Source of the DNA: Eledone cirrhosa
Lineage: Eukaryota
Reading direction: 5' to 3'
Assembly (NCBI GenBank): GCA_964016885.1
Contig: OZ024755.1
Location: 41,664,001 to 41,728,000 of the forward strand
DNA: 64,000 nt
The translations under genes were made by a program, and so were the position numbers. This document shows, in pieces, positions 1-13,552 of this stretch; the first letter of the stretch is position 1; every line of letters starts with the position of its first letter. The notes beneath the pieces are model-generated. The model made no database searches. It saw only the letters and a list, made by a program, of their open reading frames with translations, and had not been told where the DNA came from.

Positions 1-125
1 TTCCAAGCAAGCATGCCTTTTGAAGCGTTCCAAAAAGCGTGAAGGGGCCGATTTTCTTTAACCATCCCTGGAAACTTTTGGAGATAGTCCCCAGTGCGCC
101 TATGACAATCGGGATCACTTTGACT

Positions 126-129
<4 letters not shown>
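1..129 (-). mobile_element. 5'-truncated Dong/R4-like LINE 3' fragment (runs off window start)
   Basis: Identical by eye to 1079-1207; abuts (ATT)n. Confidence 0.85.
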
Positions 130-201
<72 letters not shown>

Positions 202-207
202 TACTAC
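128..207. repeat. (ATT)n microsatellite
   Basis: Direct; further ATT tracts at 931-968, 1873-1918, 25259-25298, 25453-25476, 28502-28552, 28739-28759, 29097-29132. Confidence 0.98.
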
Positions 208-929
208 CAAGGAGCTTTGCCAGTTCGGGATAAACTCTACAGGCATGGAGGTGCCGTCAGCCGGGCATGTCCGAGATGCGCGCAGGGTGACGAAACCGTC
301 CTGCACGCACTCGTCCAGTGTCCGAGCATTGCTGACTTGTGGGTTTATGTCGAACACCTGCTGTCACGTGTAGGACGGATCCAGCTATCAGCTGAGTCCA
401 TCGTGAGGATTGCCCCGCCCTCTTCCTTTAGCCGGGAAGGGTAGGGAGTCTTTATCTGTCTGGTGGCCATGGCGAAAGAGATAGTATGGTGGACACGTTT
501 TAAAGGGCTGAAGACGAGCACTTACCTCTTCGGTGATGCCCTGATTAACTTTTTCAAATTTCATTTGAAAAGGAAAATCAGGGTAGAGAGGGAAGTGCTC
601 TCTTCCCAGCATTTTGTTGAAAGATGGGTGAGAGAAGCAAGTATGGCTCGAGTGAATTGAATACTCTGAGTATGTGTCTGTAAATTAAAGGTGGAAAACT
701 GGGAGAGGACACTTGCCTTGGTGGTCAGGGTCACTGTGGCCTTTTAATGGGCTTTCTCCACAAATGTCCCTCGGAAGTCTCCCCCCTATTGGGGAATTTT
801 TCATTGTTATTTTTTATTACATCCTCTGTTTTTTTTTACACGCAGAAATGCCCATTTGTACCGTCCTGTATTGTCCTGTACTGTCCTTAATGTCTACTTT
901 ATGTAAACCCTTGTGGTTAATAAAGAAAG

Positions 930-930
<1 letters not shown>
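208..930 (+). mobile_element. Tx1/L1-clade non-LTR retrotransposon 3' fragment (zf-RVT C-terminus + 3'UTR), pseudogenic
   Basis: LPVRDKLYRHG..CPRC..DETVLHALVQCP..W motif; in-frame TAG at 442-444, frame continues to 660; AATAAA then (ATT)n. Confidence 0.8.
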
Positions 931-963
<33 letters not shown>

Positions 964-967
964 GTTA

Positions 968-1870
968 TTCCTTGAATCTCAGTCATTGATGTTGGTTAAC
1001 TGGAAAGTCCGTTGGATTGAATATCAAGCCACTATCTGCAGCCTCAGATATTCAGGACGTATCGGAGGGTTCTTGCTGTTCCAAGCAAGCATGCCTTTTG
1101 AAGCGTTCCAAAAAGCGTGAAGGGGCCGATTTTCTTTAACCATCCCTGGAAACTTTTGGAGATAGTCCCCAGTGCGCCTATGACAATCGGGATCACTTTG
1201 ACTTCATGGCAGTTCCAAATCCTTTTCACCTCCCACTTTAGGTCCTGGTATCGGTTAATTTTCTCCCTCTCCTTCTCTTGCACTCTCGTGTCGAACGGGC
1301 AGGCCACATCCACAATTAGACACGTTCTTTTTTCTTTGTCCACAACCACCAGGTCAGGTCTATTGTGTTCCAGTTTTTTGTCCGTCTGTATCCTAAAATC
1401 CCACAGCACCTTCACCTGATTGTTCTCCATCACCGCCTCTGGCCTATGCTCATACCATTTCTCAGAATGTGGTAAATTGTTTACTTTGCACAGGTGCCAG
1501 TGGATCACCCTGCCCATCACATCGTGTCTCCAGCCCTTATAGTGGGTCTGGGCTAGGTGTTTACACTCGGACACAATGTGAGCCACAGTCTCCTCTCTCT
1601 CTCCACAGATCCTGCACAGTGGGCTAGCCTCCTCCTTGTAGATATGGTGCTTCAACCACTTCGTTTTGAGGGCCTGCTCCTGCGCAGCCATTAGCATTCC
1701 TTCTGTAGCCTTTTTGAGGTCTCCTCTTCTCAACCAGTTCCATGTCTGTGGATCTCTAAATTCAGTTTTCTCAAAGAAGGTACTATGAAGGGATTTTCCC
1801 TTAAGGCTGCTCTTCCTCCTTGATGTTATTTCCTCCTTGGACATCCCCTGGCCTACTGTACCCTCCTTCA

Positions 1871-1872
<2 letters not shown>
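968..1872 (-). mobile_element. Dong/R4-clade RLE LINE, 5'-truncated; ORF 1844-1044 has CCHC knuckle and PD-(D/E)xK endonuclease
   Basis: AAQEQAL, CRICGEREETVAHIVSEC, RHD, RPDLVVVD..IVDVACP, KINRYQDL, IVIGALG; (TAA)n on both sides, the known Dong target. Confidence 0.9.
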
Positions 1873-1919
<47 letters not shown>

Positions 1920-2519
1920 GGTAAATTCTCATTATTAGGTAAATTCTCACGCCTTTTCTTTATACGGAAAAATAAAGGAATGAAAGCCTTTTCTCGGTTG
2001 AAAATCAGAAACCGATTGATATAATAAATGAAATAGGAGGAGAAAACCAGACATTCCACGCTACAAAATGGGTCCCCGGAGCGTAATCTAATAGTTGCGG
2101 TAAGCTAAGTATCTTACGGCATTATCGCAGGTGATAACGAGGCTAAGTAGCTGAAATAGCCAAGTATACTTGCGAACTTTACCTGATACGTCGGTAAGGC
2201 GAGTTGCTAACAATGACGAGAACTTAGTTGTCAGTCCAACTCCACAGAGGGTCTCGAAAGTCACAGACCGTAAAAAAAGAGTTCCTGCTATTTTAAAGTG
2301 TTATTTCGTTCGGCTACGGTTAGAGTGACCCTCACCGTTACCGCAGTATTAAGGGCGTAGGAAGGAACAGAAAGATTGCTGATTATGGTGTCCGTTTAAT
2401 ACAAGAGCAAAGGGTAAGACCATCTGGCTAAGCTTGAGGGGATATTAACTCTGGCTACGGTACATTAGGTTTAAACACAGTTTATTGACACAATATTTAT
2501 CTTCATAAATGGTTTCAGA

Positions 2520-2730
2520 TTTGGGCAGAAGGCCAACAATTTGTGTGTGTGTGTGGGGGGGGAGTCCATTAATTCCATTCCAATGCGTTACTGATACTTT
2601 ATTTTATCGAACCCATAAATATGAAAGGCAATGCTAACTTCGGCAGGGTTTGAACTCAGAACGTAAAGGGACGCAACTCTATGCTGCGAAGCATGTTTCC
2701 CGACGCTCTACCGATTCTGCTGCCAATCCC
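2520..2730 (-). mobile_element. tRNA-derived SINE
   Basis: B box GAGTTCAAACCC on minus strand; homologous to 28553-28740. Confidence 0.8.
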
Positions 2731-2912
2731 CGTCCATTTCTCTTCAAAATAATTAGCATAATCGGAATGTAACAAGGTCAATAATTTATAAATGAAATTC
2801 AGTTACTGAATCGAACTATTCTTCGGCATAATCAATGGAGACATATAATCAATGTAAAATTAAATTGGACGACATTAAAATAAATTAACAATTACCAAAA
2901 GGAAAACATATC

Positions 2913-4227
<1,315 letters not shown>

Positions 4228-4391
4228 ATATATATATATATATATATATATACCAATATTGAAAGAAATTCGGTCATCAGAAGGCTTCTTTGGAAGTAGA
4301 AAACAATTCAATAGATAGTATACGGAACTTCTATCGATACAGTTTTTAATATTAGTGACAATTAACTTAGGCTGTTATTGTTTGATATAAA

Positions 4392-4468
<77 letters not shown>

Positions 4469-5412
4469 GTGTGTATGTGTATACACATATATATATATTT
4501 ATATATATATATAAATACACATACATGTATCAGTGTGTGTGTGTGTTCGTGCGCCTGACTATATATATACATATATATATTCAAAATTAAATTAAATCTT
4601 GGTGCATATTCTACAGTAGATATGGCGCATCTCTCTGACATGACACCCTTAATTTAATTTTGTATATATATATACGGCCCCTTAATTGTAGAGCTAACTC
4701 AGTTGAAAGGACTCGGCTGCTATTTCTAGTTGTCGATAACCCTATTCACGCCACTGGGATGAAGCTGGTACAATGTATGAGCCCGACTCTCACATTGATA
4801 AGTGCAACACGTGCTACTAGTCATTCGCAGATTTGAATTTGCTGTGCAAACACAGATAGTTGGATCTTCTTCCTTGTTGAAAATCCGAATTTGGCTACTG
4901 TGGTTTACCGAACGATTGATGGTGAAATATATTTCTTTAATGAAATATATACAAGGAAGATTAATCCATTTATAAGGTATCTATTTTTAAAGTTCTAGTT
5001 AAACTTTAATTAGTTACCTACCTAGCTATGTGTGCTTACACACTTTTACAAATTTTCCCTGTAATTGTTTCATATGTTTATTTTACATATAAATATATGT
5101 CAATCAATTTCTAGTTGATATATATATACATATACAGATTATTGTTGCTGCAAATATTTTCATAAGTAACAAGACTTTCACGGGTAAATTTATTTATATC
5201 AAAGCAGTTGAACACTTTTTTATGACAAGTGATTTAAACTATGTAAGGTCTTGTAACTCCCGTGGGAGATGTAGGGGAACCATATTGACATACGGTGTGT
5301 CTAGGGTATTTAAAACCTGGCAGAGCCCATCTCCTCTCCATGTACAGCAGATTTCTCCCAGAGAAGGAGAGACAGTGTGGAGAATGGAAGTGAGAAAGAG
5401 ATATAGAAGAAG

Positions 5413-8400
5413 AATCGACCCCAGTACCAGACTGGTACTTTATTTATCGGCCCCAAATGGATGAAAGGCAAAGTTGACCTCGGCAGGATTTGAACTCAGA
5501 GAGCAGAGAACTGGAACGAATAACACAAAGCATTCTATCTGACGTTCTAACCACTCTACCATTCTATCTGACGTTCTAACGCCTCTACCATTCTATCTGA
5601 CGTTCTAACCATTCTACCATTCTATCTGACGTTCTAACGACTCTACCATTCTATCTGACGTTCTAACCACTCTACCATTCTATCTGACGTTCTAACGCCT
5701 CTACCATTCTATCTGACGTTCTAACCACTCTACCATTCTATCTGACGTTCTAACGACTCTACCATTCTATCTGACGTTCTAACCATTCTACCATTCTATC
5801 TGACATTCTAACCACTCTACCATTCTATCTGACGTTCTAACCACTCTACCATTCTATCTGACGTTCTAACGACTCTACCGATCTATCTGACGTTCTAACC
5901 ACTCTACCATTCTATCTGACGTTCTAACCACTCTACCATTCTATCTGACGTTCTAACCACTCTGCCATTCTATCTGACGTTCCAACCACTTTACCATTCT
6001 ATCTGACGTTCTAACCACTCTACCATTCTATCTGACGTTCTAACGCCTCTACCATTCTATCTGACGTTCTAACGACTCTACCATTCTATCTGACGTTCTA
6101 ACCACTCTACCATTCTATCTGACGTTCTAACGACTCTACCATTCTATCTGACGTTCTAACCACTCTGCCATTCTATCTGACGTTCCAACCACTTTACCAT
6201 TCTATCTGACGTTCTAACCACTCTGCCATTCTATCTGACGTTCTAACCACTCTACCATTCTATCTGACATTCTAACCACTCTACCATTCTATCTGACGTT
6301 CTAACCACTCTACCATTCTATCTGACATTCTAACCACTTTACCATTCTCTCTGACGTTCTAACCACTCTACCATTCTATCTGACGTTCTAACCATTCTAT
6401 CTGACGTTCCAACCACTTTACCATTCTATCTGACGTTCTAACCACTCTACCATTCTATCTGACGTTCTAACCATTCTACCATTCTATCTGACATTCTAAC
6501 CACTCTACCATTCTATCTGACGTTCTAACCATTCTACCATTCTATCTGACGTTCTAACCACTCTCCCATTCTCTTTGACGTTCTAACCACTCTACCATTC
6601 TATCTGACGTTATAACCACTTTACCATTCTAACTGACGTTCTAACCACTCTACCAGTCTATCTGACGTTCTAACGACTCTACCATTCTATCTGACGTTCT
6701 AACCACTCTACCATTTTATCTGATGTTCTAACCATTCTACCATTCTATCTGACGTTCTAGCCACTCTACCATTCTATCTGACGTTCTAACCACTTTACCA
6801 TTCTATCTGACGTTCTAACCACTCTACCATTTTATCTGATGTTCTAACCACTCTACCATTCTATCTGACGTTCTAACCATTCTACCATTCTATCTGACGT
6901 TCTAACCACTCTACCATTCTATCTGACGTTCTAACCACTTTACCATTCTATCTGACGTTCTAACCACTCTACCATTCTATCTGACGTTCTAACCACTCTA
7001 CCATTCTATCTGACGTTCTAACCACTTTACCATTCTATCTGACGTTCTAACCACTCTACCATTCTATCTGACGTTCTAACCACTCTACCATTCTATCTGA
7101 CGTTCTAACCACTTTACCATTCTATCTGACGTTCTAACCACTATACCATTCTATCTGACGTTCTAACCACTTTACCATTCTATCTGACGTTCTAACCACT
7201 CTACCATTCTATCTGACGTTCTAACCACTTTACCATTCTATCTGACGTTCTAACCACTCTACCATTCTATCTGACGTTCTAACCACTCTACCATTCTATC
7301 TGACGTTCTCACCACTCTACCATTATATCTGATGTTTTAACCACTTTACCATTCTATCTGACGTTCTAACCACTCTACCATTCTATCTGACGTTATAACC
7401 ATTTTATCATTCTATCTGACGTTCTAACCACTCTACCATTCTATCTGACGTTCTAACCACTCTACCATTCTATCTGACGTTATAACCACTTTACCATTCT
7501 ATCTGACGTTCTAACGACTCTACCATTCTATCTGACGTTCTAACCACTCTAACATTCTATCTGACATTCTAACCATTCTACCATTCTATCTGACGTTCTA
7601 ACCATTCTATCTGACGTTCTAACGAATCTACCATTCTATCTGACGTTCTAACCACATTACCATTCTATCTGACGTTCCAACCAGTCTGCCATTCAATCTG
7701 ACGTTCTAACCACTCTACCATTCTATCTGACGTTCTAACCACTTTACCATTCTCTCTGACGTTCTAACCACTCTACCATTATATCTGATGTTCTAACCAC
7801 TTTACCATTCTATCTGACGTTCTAACCACTCTACCATTCTATCTGACGTTATAACCACTTTACCATTCTATCTGACGTTCTATCCACTCTACCATTCTAT
7901 CTGACGTTCTAACCACTCTACCATTCTATCTGACGTTCTAACCACTCTTCCATTCTATCTGACGTTCTAACCACTCTACCATTCTATCAGACGTTCTAGC
8001 CACTCTACCATTCTATCTGACGTTCTAACCATTTCATCATTCTATCTGACGTCCTAACCACCCTACCATTCTATCTGACGTTCTAACCACTCTAACATTC
8101 TATCTGACGTTATAACCACTTTACCATTCTATCTGACGTTCTAACGACTCTACCATTCTATCTGACGTTCTAACCACTCTAACATTCTATCTGACATTCT
8201 AACCATTCTACCATTCTATCTGACGTTCTAACCATTCTACCATTCTATCTCACGTTCTAACCATTCTACCATTCTATCTGACGTTCTAACCACATTACCA
8301 TTCTATCTGACGTTCTAACCAGTCTGCCATTCAATCTGACGTTTTAACCACTCTACCATTCTATCTGACGTTCTAACCACTTTACCATTCTATCTGACGT

Positions 8401-8949
8401 TCTAACCATTCTACCATTCTATCTGACGTTCTAACCACTCTACCATTCTATCTGACGTTCTAACCATTTTACCATTCTATCTGACGTTCTAACCATTCTA
8501 CCATTCTATCTGACGTTCTAACCACTCTACCATTCTATCTGACGTTCTAACCACTCTACCATTCTATCAGACCTTCTAACCACTCTACCATTCTATCTGA
8601 CGTTCTAATCACTCTACCATTCTATCAAACCTTCTAACCACTCTACCATTCTATCTCACGTCCTAACTAGTCTGTCATTCTATCTGACGTTCTAACTACT
8701 CTACCATTCTATCAGACCTTCTAACCACTCTACTATTCTATCTGACGTTTTAATCACTCTACCACTCTATCTGACGTTCTAACGACTCCTCCATTCTATA
8801 TGACGTTCTAACCACTCTGCCATTCTATCTGAGGTTCTAACCACTCCGCCATTCTATCTGACGTTCTAACCACTCCGCCATTCTATCTGACGTTCTAACC
8901 ACTCTGCCATTCTATCTGACGTTCTAATCACTCTACCAATTTGCCGCCT
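5413..8949 (-). mobile_element. tRNA SINE with internally expanded A-box region
   Basis: Head GGCGGCAAATTGGTAGAG at ~8948-8931; B box GAGTTCAAATCC and body at 5530-5413; array lies between. Confidence 0.85.
5531..8937. repeat. 29-bp tandem satellite, ~117 copies (ccattctatctgacgttctaaccactcta)
   Basis: Direct periodicity. Confidence 0.97.
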
Positions 8950-9014
8950 TTTATGAAAAATATACTTGAATTTGTTTTCCTTTGATTTTTCTTTTTTCTT
9001 CAGCCAAATACAGC

Positions 9015-9242
9015 TTAACCATTTAGCATTTAAACCGGCCGTATCCGGCCAGAATTCTCTCACCTCTTTCTGTTCAAATAGGCCGTAACTGGCCAGTCAT
9101 ACTGATGTTAAGGTATTGTTCTCAAAATAAATAATATCAAAATGCCATAGTTTCGATATTATGTGATATAATTATGTAAGGTAAACTTTTACCATGAAAA
9201 TACAATAGTAAATATAGAGTAATGTAAATGGTAAAGGGTTGA
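9015..9242. mobile_element. piggyBac-type MITE
   Basis: TTAA-ccatttagcattta ... taaatggtaaaggg-TTGA: imperfect 14-bp TIRs and degenerate TTAA TSD. Confidence 0.65.
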
Positions 9243-9273
9243 AGATTTTGTAAGTTAAGAAGCAACTAGTTAA

Positions 9274-9585
9274 CACTAGGCGGTCAAATGGTTAAGAAGT
9301 TGGCTTCGCTATCATTAGGTCACGGGTTTGTTCACACTGCAGGGAATCTTGGACGTCATTTACCATAGTTAGGGTCGATCCATAATTTGTGAGTGAAACT
9401 TGGCGGACGGGAACTGTGTGGAAGCCCAGCAGATGGACTGTACTGATCCAGCTGAACATTATCCGACACTGTGTCACGTTGAATCTCTCTGTGAACTATA
9501 TTTATGGTACACATGTCGGGTACTTGCACGTTAATTCGATAAGGAGGCTGTTTCATTGATCAAACGACTGCTGACAGACGTCAAT
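9274..9585 (+). mobile_element. Second tRNA-derived SINE family, diverged
   Basis: A-box-like TGGTTAAGAAGTTGG, degenerate B box; tail shared with 17200-17330; head similar to 31960-32050. Confidence 0.6.
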
Positions 9586-9697
9586 TATATATATATATAT
9601 ATATCGTTCCTCGAGCTGATCGACAGTGAAACATATGTAATATGTAATTAGATATGTATATGATGCAACACTGATTCTTTGTTTCCTTATATATTAA

Positions 9698-9746
<49 letters not shown>

Positions 9747-9847
9747 TATATATATATCAAGAAGCTACTCTCAACCGATCACAAACAAAGAGATATGAGT
9801 TTAAGATTTGATTGATAATATACGTCCAGTTTGAGTTATATATATAT

Positions 9848-9882
<35 letters not shown>

Positions 9883-9893
9883 GATATACATAT

Positions 9894-9956
<63 letters not shown>

Positions 9957-10196
9957 TGATAAAACCATTTAAAAATAACCGTATTGACAAGGAGGTATAT
10001 TTTAATAGGTTATTCATCCGCTTTGATAACCTATTTATGTACCTTTAATCCTCTCTGATTTCGATTTTCTCAAGTTTGACGTTTTTTAAAGTCGTTTTGT
10101 TTCTTTCGTTTCTTCTCGTGTCTTTGTTGTTCTTCTACGTTAGAGATTTCCAACAGTCGTAACACCTGCACACAGACCCTCCCCCCTCCACATATA

Positions 10197-10227
<31 letters not shown>

Positions 10228-11129
10228 GTCTGTGTGTGTGTGTGTGTATAAATAAATAAATATATATATATATTTATAAATGAGTGTTTGTGTGTGCATG
10301 TGTGTATGTGTGTGTGTGTGTATGAATAAATAAATATATATAAATATATATATACATATATACATAAGTGTGTGTGTAAATATATAACACGAGAACAATA
10401 CAATGCACACACACATATAATAACTATATATATACATATAGTCATAGAGTTAAGTTATATTCAGAAAGTTCATAAAAGAGGCGACAAGTTGAAATTAAAA
10501 AAACTATTTACCGGACCATTTTTAGTTTCCGTTGTTTTCGTTTGGTTTCGTTTGCAATTCTTAAATCTCTATCTTCACTTACAGACTCCTTATATATTTA
10601 TTGTCTTATATTATATCAAAGAGCTTTCAAATTTCTATTCTGGCTTATATTATAAACACCTTAGAACCTCTGTTCTGTTTTATTTTTATATTAACTTAAA
10701 ACAACTCAAATCTCTAGTCTGCCTTATATTAAACTTTAAAAGTTTTCAAATCTCTATTTTACCTCCTATTAAACTTTAAAAAGTCCTAAAATCTCTATGT
10801 TGTGTTAACTGTTTTGATAGTAACTCATCTGAAATTGTTCTGGTTCTATCATATAAAACTGCCTATTTTAAAATGTTCATATTTATATTAAAGTTTTCCA
10901 TTATATTTTTATTAAAGAAATTTTTGTTAAATATTCTTCTAAATATCAGCCTACTAATGTTAGTTATTTTATTAAATTCTTTAGAAATTTTGATTATTTT
11001 CAAAATTAGTTGAAACACATAAGTTGTGTGTATTTCATAAGAATTACTGTAAGTTAAAGGTTCTTTAAATCTAATTTACGATCATAGACCGAAAACTCTA
11101 ACAATTAAATCCCGCGACTTCACATAATA

Positions 11130-11323
11130 ACTGTTTCTACTTTTGGCACAAGGCCAGCAATTACCCCAGTGCATTACTGGTACTTTATTTTTATCGACCC
11201 CGTAAGGATGAAAGGCAAAGTTAAACTCGGTGGAATTTGAACTCAGAATGGCAAGGGCCGTTACTCTATGCATCAAAGCAGCATGGTGTCCGACCCTCTA
11301 CCGATACTGCCAATCCACCGCCC
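11130..11323 (-). mobile_element. tRNA-derived SINE
   Basis: Homologous to 28553-28740 including tail ggccttgtgccaaaagtagaaac. Confidence 0.85.
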
Positions 11324-11449
11324 TTCACATAATAACGTGTGATGGAACGTTAGTTCTAACATTATGTTAAATTTCATGTCAATTTTGGAGAGAGGGAAGA
11401 AACAGATATGAAAGATCTGTTATCAAATAGATTCAAGCGTCAATGTTAA

Positions 11450-11600
11450 AGGCAGCGAATTGGCAGGGTCGTTAGAACGTCGGTTAGAATGCATCGCGGG
11501 ATTCGTTCAGAGTTCAAATCCTACTGATATCAACTTTGCCTTTCGAGCTCGATAAATAAAGTGTTAGTCTAGGATCGATATAACTTTATGCTGGGATCGA
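11450..11600 (+). mobile_element. tRNA-derived SINE
   Basis: ggcagcgaattggcagggtcgttagaacgtc head; B box GAGTTCAAATCC. Confidence 0.8.
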
Positions 11601-12031
11601 TATAAATTTATAACTTTATCTATTTTTCTGGAAGAAATAGGCTGTGTTCAGACCAGGAGACGGATGGGTTTCGCTAGGTTTACATGCCCAAGACACACGC
11701 TGTATATTACAACGGTCACCCTACGAACCCATTAGAAGTTAAGGACCCATGGTATAACACGGCTATAGAACCTAAACCTGAACGATTGACTAACATATTG
11801 TGAGAAAGGAGTTAGCTAATGCAGAGAAAATTCTTTATCACTAAAGTAACGCAAATATTTTGAAATGTTTGTTAAAAGGTTTAACATAATTTACTCTATT
11901 TCTCATAACTGCCATTTTATTGCACGCTTCCACAACTAGTAACATTTGTACAAGATAAGATTTGTACACTGTTTAATAGTCTTTTCAGAGTTTAGACGCT
12001 GTCTCTGTCCTTCTCCCCTCCTCACTCTCCC

Positions 12032-12092
<61 letters not shown>

Positions 12093-12283
12093 ATAAATGA
12101 AACAAGAAAACAAACACAGGAATGCACACGTACAGTTATATTAGGTTGACGCCAATATATACAATAGTAGAACACAGTAGAATACAGTAGTAGACCACTC
12201 AGTCTATGGGACGAGTTTGGTAGAAGTAGTTCCACAACACTTCTATATATATATATATTTATATTTATTAAAATAACAGATTA

Positions 12284-12336
12284 AAGTTTAAGCAAAGAAT
12301 CGCTGCTTTCACCCTTAACGGGATCTTCCGAAACTT
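12284..12336 (-). ncRNA. Hammerhead-like motif with variant core (CGGAAGA)
   Basis: rc: AAGTTT-CGGAAGA-tccc gttaa gggt-GAAA-GCA..TGC-TT-AAACTT. Confidence 0.55.
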
Positions 12337-12424
12337 ACAAAGTCAATCTGTAAACGCAGTAGTAAATATTTCGAAAAACGTTGCAACCGGAGGAAGACAG
12401 GAAGACGATACTTTGGTTCGTGGA

Positions 12425-12700
12425 AACGTTCCCTGGCAAAGAACGGGGAAAAACGAATATAATACGTCATTAATAGGAGCGGCGAAAAACAATTACGCGC
12501 AAAGACAGAACCACGTTTATGGTATAAAAGAGGTCGTAGACTAATGTTCTCTCAGGTGGTGCATAGAGACGTTCTCTGGCAATGAACGAAAACACGAAGA
12601 TAATACGTCATATGTGGAGCGTTGAGAACAATAGCACGCAAAGACAAAACCACGTAAATGGTATAGCAGAAGTCGTAGACTAAAATTCTAACTAGGAGAC
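12425..12700. repeat. Diverged ~143-bp tandem duplication upstream of the minus-strand HHR
   Basis: acgttc.ctggcaa.gaacg, taatacgtca, gcaaagaca.aaccacgt and gtcgtagactaa each occur twice. Confidence 0.75.
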
Positions 12701-12779
12701 CAAATGAATCTCCGCTACAGAGTTAAGAACAAAGTAAATAAATACAATACAGAAGTAATAGAAATAAATAAATAAGTAA

Positions 12780-12850
12780 AAAATTGAACGGGAACAAAAC
12801 AGAGAGGCAGTACGAATAAAGGTTTATTAGTTTCACGCTCTTGAGAGTGG

Positions 12851-12853
<3 letters not shown>
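12780..12853. repeat. Short interspersed fragment, also at 16501-16575 and partly 16645-16700
   Basis: aaattgaacgggaacaaaacagagaggcagtacgaa.aaaggtttattagtttcacgctcttgagagtgggg shared. Confidence 0.8.
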
Positions 12854-12900
<47 letters not shown>

Positions 12901-12903
<3 letters not shown>

Positions 12904-13068
12904 AAGTTAAGTGAGAAAAAAGTCCATTTATGGAAGCACAAAAAAAAACGTTCTATCTAATCTCTTTTGTGCTCCGATAAATGGAGTTTTTTCTCACTTA
13001 AATTTAATATATAGTATTGCTTTTCTGAGCGATTCCTCTTATTGAGATGTTTAAATATTAGAGATTAA
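12901..13068 (+). mobile_element. Diverged fold-back insertion in (TA)n
   Basis: Imperfect inverted arms ~12903-12944/12965-13005. Confidence 0.5.
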
Positions 13069-13265
13069 TATATATATATATATATGTATGAATGCATATG
13101 TGTGTGTGTAGTATATGTTTGGTTATATTGGAGTTCACCAATATATATCCTGGTAAAGATTATAGAAGTTCTATGCTAATCAGTATCCTTGGTCCAGCAG
13201 TAACCTAAAAAGGCTGAGGGACTTTTTATCCTCAGTAGATTCTGCTTTAGACTGTTAAGGCCCAT

Positions 13266-13482
13266 GCATTGCTTTATATCTGGAGATCTCTCTGCACTTG
13301 TCATCACATGGTACCATGGGCCCAGCACTATGTGTCAATAATTGTCACAAGTGTAATGTTTGTGCCAGAGTTTTCAAGTCGCTGGCTGGACTAAAAAGTC
13401 ACACTCGTTCAGCGCATCGGTAGGGGTTCTCCTACATGGATATAAAGTAGTGGCCGTACTCGAAAACGAGTTGGCAGCCACC
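13266..13482 (+). mobile_element. RTE-like 3' end with (ATGT)n tail
   Basis: Near-identical to 15550-15766; C-terminal C2H2 finger. Confidence 0.65.
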
Positions 13483-13552
13483 ATGTATGTATGTATGTAT
13501 GTATGTATGTATGTATGTATGTATGTATGTATGTATGTATGTATGTATGTAT

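Noticed and set aside
4582-4662. Tiny MITE with 14-bp TIRs (caaaattaaattaa)
   Set aside because: Low-complexity arms and single copy; may be chance or a decayed fold-back
10372-10779. 135-aa ORF
   Set aside because: Starts in microsatellite and runs through degenerate ~41-bp AT-rich repeats; no recognisable domain
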